Origin: Candidatus Trichofilum aggregatum
GTDB lineage: Bacteria > Chloroflexota > Anaerolineae > Promineifilales > Promineifilaceae
Assembly (NCBI GenBank): GCA_016716885.1
Contig: JADJUV010000025.1
Location: forward strand, 2,688 to 66,687
Direction: 5' to 3'
Length of the DNA stretch: 64,000 bases
Shown here in pieces: positions 57,441-64,000 of this stretch (its first letter is position 1; each line of letters opens with the position of its first letter). A program made the translations under genes and the position numbers. The notes below the pieces were generated by a model. The model saw only the letters and a list, made by a program, of their open reading frames with translations. It searched no databases and had not been told where the DNA came from.

Positions 57441-57489
57441 GATAGCAGAGCGGTGAACTAAACTTTGTCGAACATGGTAGAATTGGCAC

Positions 57490-57818
57490 ATGAGCGAAGG
57501 CAAACGGTGGACGGGTCGTGACCGATATGGTCATATGGTATACCTGACTCAAGAGCGGTGGGAACACATTATTGAGCCAATCAACCATCCCGAAATGACG
57601 GATTTTGAAGAACATCTGAAGGTCCGTTGCAAGAGGGTAGAAGACAACAAGACCCCCTCAACCCAAGAAAGTACCGCTATAGTAAAGCCTTTGCTGATCT
57701 CGTCCTGGACAACACCCACATTGTTGTCATCGTTCTGTTTGGGTTTGGTACAGGGGAAAACAACGAACCCATTCCCAACAACTACATCGTGACCGCTTAT
57801 CAGAAAGAACTTGGGTGA
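57490..57818 (+). CDS. Small toxin-like protein (DUF4258-like, tentative), frame broken near 57627
   Basis: ORF 57490..57792 and ORF 57627..57818 join to give ...HPEMTDFEEHLK|LQEGRRQQDPLNPRKYRY...NNYIVTAYQKELG. Confidence 0.45.
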
Positions 57819-57820
57819 AA

Positions 57821-58200
57821 ATGATGAACAAACCACACTTTAATTATGATGAACCCAGCGACACGCTGTATGTCTCATTCTCTCCAGGTGAATCGGCCAC
57901 GGGCATTGAGTTGAATGAACATATTTTGTTGCGGATTAACAACACAAGAACGCCGGGCGATTAGCTCACTTTTTTGATTATTCAATTTTGGCCGAAACAA
58001 CAGAGGTTGGCCCACGCAGTTTTCCCATTGCAGGCCTGTCTGAATTATCGGTTGATATGCAAGAAATGGTCTGGGAAATTTTGCGCCAGCCGCCCGTCAG
58101 TGAGGTGTTGGGCTTGTTGGCTTATACGCCCTTGATTGCTACAGAAATGACCCCATTACATTTCTACAACCTGCCATCATGGCCTGAGGTGGTTAGATAA
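57821..58200 (+). CDS. DUF2283-like putative antitoxin, frame broken near 57950
   Basis: MMNKPHFNYDEPSDTLYVSFSPGESATGIELNEHILLRINN then, one frame off, ...GRLAHFFDYSILAETTEVGPRSFP.... Starts 2 nt after the upstream stop. Confidence 0.45.
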
Positions 58201-59572
58201 GTGATTCGAGCCTCGCGGCCGCGTCCAGCAACACCCCCTCGCTTCCCGGCCTACAGGCCAGCATGAGGCCGGGAACCAACCCGGTTTTGCGGTCAATGTC
58301 GTACCAGGACGGAATGGAAATGGCCGACAAATTGAGGATGTTGATGAGCAGGGTGGGAGTAAACACGCCCGGAACCCCAGGCCGAAGCACCGTCGCGGCC
58401 GCTTTGCCGTGTTTCATTGCCAACGCCCCGCTCGTGGGCAGAATCAGCACCCCATCCGCGCCTAATTTCTCGTAATACTTTTCCCGTGCCGCCGTGAATC
58501 GCTCCTCAATAGCTAAGGCTTTGCGCTCATTGGGTTTGATAAGGGGAGCCGCTAATAGCATGTTGAACACATATTTATGCACCGTGGGGCGGCGCAACAA
58601 CTGCCTCTGCCCTTCACCCGCCAACGATAGTTTTTCCCCTTCAGCCGTGGTGAGCAGGTTAAAGAACGGATCGGCCAGGCAGTAGGCAATGTAGCTGATG
58701 TAATCTTGCACCAGGGGGCCGACTTCGGGGATGTCGAGTGTTTCGCTGGGTAGCCCTTCGCCTTGCCATTCGGCAATGCCCCGTTTGAGGGCGGAAGCTA
58801 CGGCGTTGTCTTGCACATTCATGCGGAAGTTGGGGCGGTGATGAAGCCGTGCCGCGGCCGCATCCCCCCCCTCTCCCAACGGCTCGTCCGCAATCACACT
58901 GTAAACCAGCCGTGCATCCCGCACCGAACGAGTCAGGGAGCCTAAAGCCAGCATCGAGCCAATCATGCCGTCCATAACCGGCCAGGTTCCTTGCCGGTTG
59001 ATTGCGGCAGAATGGGGTTTGAAGCCCACCACGCCACAACAATGGGCCGGGTATCGAATGGAGCCGCCAATGTCTGACCCCACGCCAAACACCGTCGAGC
59101 CAGAAGCCACCAGGGCCGCTTCGCCGCCGCTGGAGCCACCAGGAGAGTGATCCAGGTTGAGTGGATTGTTGGTACGGCCATAACGCAAATTATCTGATTC
59201 ATACGTCATGGCGAACTCCGGCAAATTACTACGGGCGATGATGATGGCGCCAGCCTCACGTAACCGGCGCACAATTTCGGCGTCTTGCTCATGGGGAATG
59301 GGGGGCATCCGCATCGAACCGGCGGTGACGGTTTCCCCAGCCAGGCCAAAGGTCTCTTTGACGCTGATGGGTAAACCAGAAAGTGGGCCGGACTGCGGCG
59401 TGCGGGCCTGGGCCAGGGCTTCTTCGCGGAAGATGTGTACGGCGGCGTTGATGCGGGGATGTTGTGTCTCCAGGCGCTGGAGATACTCACTTACCACACC
59501 CTCAGCACTGCGTTCGCCACTCTGAATCTGCTTGAGCAACTCGGTGGCATCGGGTAGGGTCAGATAATTCAT
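58193..59572 (-). CDS. Amidase-signature family amidase
   Basis: GGSSGGEAALVASG and GSDIGGSIRYPA signature. Start MNYLTLPD chosen at 59572. Confidence 0.9.
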   Translation of the reverse strand: MNYLTLPDATELLKQIQSGERSAEGVVSEYLQRLETQHPRINAAVHIFREEALAQARTPQSGPLSGLPISVKETFGLAGETVTAGSMRMPPIPHEQDAEIVRRLREAGAIIIARSNLPEFAMTYESDNLRYGRTNNPLNLDHSPGGSSGGEAALVASGSTVFGVGSDIGGSIRYPAHCCGVVGFKPHSAAINRQGTWPVMDGMIGSMLALGSLTRSVRDARLVYSVIADEPLGEGGDAAAARLHHRPNFRMNVQDNAVASALKRGIAEWQGEGLPSETLDIPEVGPLVQDYISYIAYCLADPFFNLLTTAEGEKLSLAGEGQRQLLRRPTVHKYVFNMLLAAPLIKPNERKALAIEERFTAAREKYYEKLGADGVLILPTSGALAMKHGKAAATVLRPGVPGVFTPTLLINILNLSAISIPSWYDIDRKTGLVPGLMLACRPGSEGVLLDAAARLESLI

Positions 59573-59701
59573 AAAGAGCCTCTTCAATTGGCGGGGTTGA
59601 GATGTTCCATTGGCAAACAAAACGGAAAGAGCCGTTTAGCTTGCCTATTGTACAAGTTCTTTCACTTCATCACATAAATCTGAAGTGAACTCTAGCCCGT
59701 A

Positions 59702-61390
59702 TCAAACGGGTAAGGCTTCATCGTTGGCGAGGGCGCGGGCGTGGGCGGCGTCCATTTCGGTGATGAGGTCAATGGGGGTGGCGGCGAAACGGAGCGCGGC
59801 CGCACGTGCCCGTCCATCCTGCTCATAATCCAACGACCATTGCCCATGTTCCACCAGTAAGGCCAGCGACAACGCCCGGCCTAGCGTCATAGCAAAACGG
59901 CGTGCGCCAGCTTCGAGCGCGGGCTGGCCTTGCTGCGCGGCCGCGTTCAACCACGCCTGAGCATTAAACAGCGCTCGCTGAGCCGTGCGACCCGCGTTGC
60001 TGAGACGAGTATCACGAGCCGCCTGCACGGCTTGATCAATTTTAGCCTTGATGGCATTCAAACCAGTCCCATCCGACAGCCCGCGCAGTGTGTCCAGAGA
60101 CAACACGTTCGTCGTTCCTTCCCAGATGGGCAACACCTGGCTATCACGAAGCAGCATGGGCAGCCCGGTGTCTTCCACATAACCTGCACCGCCAAATGTT
60201 TCCAAAACCTCGCTGGCGACAGCCACCCCTTGTTTGCCGGTCGTCAATTTGGTGATGGAGGTCAAAATACGCAGCAGATCAGCCTGCTCCCCTTGTAATT
60301 CGTTGGCCTCATGCCGTCCAATCAGGTCAACCAGATAGAAACTGAGATGAAAGGCCGCTTCGCTCTCGGCCTGAAGGGTCGCCAGGGTGTCGAGATGCAG
60401 GGGTTTTTCGTTGAGGGTGCTGCCGAAGGCGAAACGACGTCGGGCATAATCACGAGCCAGGGCCAAGCCACGACGCATGAACGCGGCCGCGGTGACAGCG
60501 TTCCAGGTACGGGTCAAATGTAACATGGGCACGATGTTGCGCACGCCGTTTTCTAGCCCCATCAGTGGCTCGGCGGGCGTGCCGTTGAGCATCAATTCGG
60601 CGGTGGGCACTTTCCGGGTGCCCAGTTTGTCCTTGAGCCGGTTGACGGTAATGTTGAGTAAGCGGCCGCGGTCGTCACGCGTTTCCAGGTAAAACAAGGC
60701 CAACCCCTTGCCACCAGGGCCGTTGCCTTCGGGCCTTGCCAGAGTCAGGGCCACTTGCGAACTGGCCGCCGAGGTGAACCATTTGCGCCCATAGAGCCGC
60801 CAGACACCTTGTTCATCCTGCCGGGCAATGGTTTCCGAGAGACCCACGTCAGAGCCACCCGTGAACTCTGTCATCCATTGGCCGCTGGTCCAAAAGAAGC
60901 CGGGGTTACGGCTGGTGAGGTGGGAAACGGCCCGGCTGATGAGTTTTTGGTTGCCGGAGTTGATTAGCGTGCGGGCGGCGCCGTCCGTCATAGCCAGGGG
61001 GCAGGTGTAGACATCGGTCGAGGGGTGGAACAGGTAGGCGAGTGCGAACTGATGGGTACGGGCGAAATGGCCGAGCTTGGGTTCGTACGCGGCCGCGACC
61101 ACCCCCATTTCCGCCGCGATTTTCTCCGCTCGTTGCCACAGGGGCGTCAGCTCAATCTCATCAAGCCGGTTCCCCCAGGCATCCCACTGATTCAACACCG
61201 GTTCATTAAGCCGGTCAGCTAATTGCAGCCGGTAAAGTTCACCCCCGGCTAATTCACCCATCGTAAACAAGTCCGTTTCTATCTCTTTCAACACATCGGC
61301 GGGCAAATGCCGCCGCAAATAAGAGCGCAATACACGGTCTTCCACATATTGATTACCAAGTTCGGGTGGCGTCTGGTTAAACAGTTTCAT
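59702..61390 (-). CDS. AidB-like acyl-CoA dehydrogenase family protein
   Basis: 562 aa with an N-terminal AidB-type extension (NQYVEDRVLRSYLRRHLP), the ACAD middle and C-terminal domains (FTGGSDVG, WEGTTNV). Confidence 0.85.
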   Translation of the reverse strand: MKLFNQTPPELGNQYVEDRVLRSYLRRHLPADVLKEIETDLFTMGELAGGELYRLQLADRLNEPVLNQWDAWGNRLDEIELTPLWQRAEKIAAEMGVVAAAYEPKLGHFARTHQFALAYLFHPSTDVYTCPLAMTDGAARTLINSGNQKLISRAVSHLTSRNPGFFWTSGQWMTEFTGGSDVGLSETIARQDEQGVWRLYGRKWFTSAASSQVALTLARPEGNGPGGKGLALFYLETRDDRGRLLNITVNRLKDKLGTRKVPTAELMLNGTPAEPLMGLENGVRNIVPMLHLTRTWNAVTAAAFMRRGLALARDYARRRFAFGSTLNEKPLHLDTLATLQAESEAAFHLSFYLVDLIGRHEANELQGEQADLLRILTSITKLTTGKQGVAVASEVLETFGGAGYVEDTGLPMLLRDSQVLPIWEGTTNVLSLDTLRGLSDGTGLNAIKAKIDQAVQAARDTRLSNAGRTAQRALFNAQAWLNAAAQQGQPALEAGARRFAMTLGRALSLALLVEHGQWSLDYEQDGRARAAALRFAATPIDLITEMDAAHARALANDEALPV

Positions 61391-61557
61391 GACGATCTCC
61401 TGGGAAGGACGGGATGGTAAACAGTGAACAGTTAGGAATCAGCAGATAAAAGCAGTATAGAATATGATAGAATTGCTTCAAGTGGCAAATAGTGAGTTTG
61501 ATTGTCTAGACCGGATTGTGTAGACAGCACTGTTACATTTAGTCAGGGAGCATAAAG

Positions 61558-61902
61558 ATGGATGTCATGTTCGAGACAGTAGCCCCACCCGATATTGGTT
61601 TTTGGGAGCTTAACATTCAGCAAAAAATTGAGATTAAAACCAGTCGAGATGTCGCCCGTCGCCGGGTGAGTATTTTTGTGGGGGAGCAAATTGCTCATCT
61701 ATTATACGGAGAGCCACCAACACTGGTTTTGCGTGGTGACAGAGCTTTTTGGCGGGTTCCAGTCGCTCTAGCCACCACCACTCTCGGCCGAATTGGCCAG
61801 GTAGGCGCATGGAGTGTGTCCTGTTGGAATGTGCAAAGGGGATCCGAAACCATGCCCAACGCCTGGCTGCCGGTGCCGCACTTTGAACAAAGTCGCGACT
61901 GA
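61558..61902 (+). CDS. Hypothetical protein
   Basis: ORF only. Confidence 0.35.
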   Translation: MDVMFETVAPPDIGFWELNIQQKIEIKTSRDVARRRVSIFVGEQIAHLLYGEPPTLVLRGDRAFWRVPVALATTTLGRIGQVGAWSVSCWNVQRGSETMPNAWLPVPHFEQSRD

Positions 61903-61980
61903 AGGTCCGCAGACAGTGGTTTGGGACAGTTTTTTGGCCGTCTGGGCAGAATATGACGAGAAAGCGGTGGTTATTAAACT

Positions 61981-63024
61981 CTAAGAACGTAGCCCAGTGA
62001 CAAACGCGGCCGCAACCTCACCTAACGCTTTACCCTCTGAATACCCCCCTTCCTGAATCGCTAACACTGGCAGGCCCACCCCGGCGATGAGTTGGCCCAT
62101 CTGTTGAAAATTATCCGGGGTGAGTTGAAACTTGCCGAGGGCATCGGTCGCGGCCGCGTCCAAACCAAACGACACCACGATGCACCAGCAATCCTGCTTC
62201 ACCACCTGATCCAGCGCCTCTTGCAACGATGGCCGATAAACCGACCAATCGGTCGTGTGGAGGGGCAGAGGGTAGTTGCGATTAAAACCCAGCCCCGCGG
62301 CCGCGCCGGTCTCTTCGGCGTAGCCGGAGAAATAGGGATACTCTTCATCAGGGTCGGCGTGGATGGAGAGGAATAAAACTTCGTCGCTGTGGTAGAAGAT
62401 TTCCTGCGTGCCATTGCCATGGTGATAATCCACGTCCAGAATGGCGACGCGGCCGCGTTGGGACAATTTTTTCCCCGCCAGCGCGGCATTATTGAAGTAG
62501 CAGTAGCCGCCGTAGCGGCCGCGCATAGCATGATGACCGGGCGGACGGCACAGGGCATAAGCCCGCTCATTTTCCCCCGTTAAAAAAGTCTCCGCCATAT
62601 CCAGGGCTAACGCGGCCGCTTGCCGGGCAATGCGGTTGGTGTGCGGACCGATGGGTGTGGCCGTGTCCAGGCAATAATGCCCTGCGTGTACCGGCAACCA
62701 GCGTGGCAGGCGGGTCGTAGCCGCCACCGGCGTAAACGCCTCCGGTAACAGCTCCTGGCCGGGATAATCCTTCTCCCACTGACCATACGCCTCAGCCAGA
62801 AAATGGATCAGCTCCGCACTGTGTACGGTGAGCAGTTCGGCATCGGTAGCCTGGCGGGTGTGGGCGATGGGCCTGATGTGGGGTAAGGCCTGGATGGCGG
62901 CCAGGGTTGCGGCCGCGCGATAAGGCTGCTCCGGGTTGCGTTCACATTGGCCAAAACTCACTTGCATTTGTGGATCATGCCACCGGTGTTCGGGCATGTA
63001 GGCGAGAGGGAAAAGGTTGGTCAT
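61981..63024 (-). CDS. Histone-deacetylase-family enzyme (acetylpolyamine/acetoin-utilisation type)
   Basis: RPPGHHA, YCYFNNAA, DVDYHHGNGTQ and EGGY motifs. Start MTNLFPLAY at 63024. Confidence 0.88.
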   Translation of the reverse strand: MTNLFPLAYMPEHRWHDPQMQVSFGQCERNPEQPYRAAATLAAIQALPHIRPIAHTRQATDAELLTVHSAELIHFLAEAYGQWEKDYPGQELLPEAFTPVAATTRLPRWLPVHAGHYCLDTATPIGPHTNRIARQAAALALDMAETFLTGENERAYALCRPPGHHAMRGRYGGYCYFNNAALAGKKLSQRGRVAILDVDYHHGNGTQEIFYHSDEVLFLSIHADPDEEYPYFSGYAEETGAAAGLGFNRNYPLPLHTTDWSVYRPSLQEALDQVVKQDCWCIVVSFGLDAAATDALGKFQLTPDNFQQMGQLIAGVGLPVLAIQEGGYSEGKALGEVAAAFVTGLRS

Positions 63025-63138
63025 AGGATTGGATTCGGGTAAATTAAAGGCCCTGGACAAGACAATTTGAGGGTTGCGGCCGCGCCACGTCAACTTTAGC
63101 ACAAAAAGCCAGCATCGAACCAGGAATTACCCACCTGA

Positions 63139-63341
63139 CGGCAATTCTCCATTTAAGACCATTCGTAGGGGCGGGACAGGTGGGCCAGGATCGGGTCAAG
63201 CAGGGAACCTATTTTCCCACCTGTCTCGCCCTTTTTCAGTAAGAGGGCGAGACGACACGGAAAGATCGTTTCCAGTTCATCCTCATTGAACCCGCGTCGT
63301 CCCGCCCCTACTATCATGGTCTGTCAAATTGAGAATTGTTG
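63139..63341. mobile_element. MITE-like element, copy 2
   Basis: CGGCAATTCTCCATTTAAGACCATTCGTAGGGGCGGGACAGG...CCCACCTGTCTCGCCCT...AGGGCGAGACGAC...GTCGTCCCGCCCCTAC...GTCAAATTGAGAATTGTTG aligns along its length with 2401-2633. Confidence 0.7.
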
Positions 63342-63371
63342 TCGCATAACATTTACGCTTACAAGGAGTCC

Positions 63372-64000
63372 TATGAACACGCAAGCTCTATTCAGTTACT
63401 TAAATGCTTATCTTCGCGTTGATGAGATAAAGGATTATGGGCCACAGGGGTTGCAGGTGGAAGCCGAGAAGAGCGACATCCACAAAATAGCCCTGGGGGT
63501 GGATGTGTCACCGGCGATTATCCAGAGCGCGGCCGCGTGGGGGGCCGATATGCTGTTGGTGCATCATGGGATTCTGTGGCGCAACGTCGAGTGCTTGAGC
63601 GGAGCCTTAGGCCAGCGCGTGCGTTTGTTACTCAAACACGACATCCATTTGTACGCCGCCCATCTTCCCCTCGATGCCCACCCCGAAGTGGGCAACAACG
63701 CCGTGCTGGCCCAGATGCTAGGCGTCGCCGTCGCCAACTGGTGGTGCTCCCCCACCAACGCACCCCTGGGCGTTTTTGGTCTTTTGTCTCAGCCCGTGCC
63801 CGTCACCGACCTCGTCACCCTGCTCAACGAGCAGTTGCCTACCCAGGCACGTCTTTTGGCCCACGGCCCCGCCCAGGCCGAGCGCGTCGCCATCCTGTCC
63901 GGTTTTGGGGCCGATCAGGTAGCCGACGTGAGGAAATTGGGCGCGGACACCTACGTCACCGGTGAAACATCCCATGCCCACTACTGGGCAGCCTCTGATT
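63372..64000 (+). CDS. Nif3-like dinuclear-metal-centre protein (YbgI family), 3' partial
   Basis: Own translation from ATG 63372 gives MNTQALFSYLNAYLRVDEIKDYGPQGLQVE...ADMLLVHHGILW...YAAHLPLDAHPEVGNN...YVTGETSHA. Open to the window end and absent from the ORF track. Confidence 0.8.

Noticed and set aside
58193-58225. tRNA-like T-arm sequence GATTCGAGCC (also GATTCGAGTC at 57383)
   Set aside because: It is part of the amidase coding 3' end and its duplicate. There is no acceptor or anticodon arm around it.
63537-63965. 142-aa Arg-rich ORF at the window end
   Set aside because: It is out of frame with the Nif3-like gene, which translates cleanly from ATG 63372 to the window end.

Overview
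About 56% GC bacterial chromosomal DNA. The gene content and the V/E/T-rich tethers after lipoprotein signal peptides suggest a monoderm, Chloroflexota-like organism, but this is inference only because no search was possible. I can support about 55 protein genes. They include two NarL-type two-component pairs, folD-fhs, thrC, pabB, polA, a Pat-like acyl-CoA synthetase/GNAT, rsmA, an RRM RNA-binding protein, a peptide-type ABC binding protein, an aminotransferase/omega-amidase pair, amidase, acyl-CoA dehydrogenases, an HDAC-family enzyme and two small toxin-antitoxin pairs. There is also an SRP RNA and a candidate ~200-nt sRNA. Five things stand out. (1) A four-gene operon at 36.7-42.8 kb encodes 8-haem, 14-haem and 10-haem c-type cytochromes plus a dihaem cytochrome b; the 8-haem protein carries a collagen-like Gly-X-Y stalk. 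(2) The octamer GCGGCCGC occurs about 130 times, roughly one per 0.5 kb, mostly in-frame inside conserved genes. This resembles cyanobacterial HIP1 but with a different core. (3) Intergenic DNA carries many short-word (mostly heptamer) arrays, long hairpins built from them, and several MITE-like repeat families. (4) A G31-A8-C18-G41-C18 homopolymer block sits between two divergent secreted-peptidase genes. (5) At least 14 single-base frame disruptions occur, many at homopolymers, so sequence quality has to be considered for every call. All product names come from motif recognition in the supplied translations, not from database searches.
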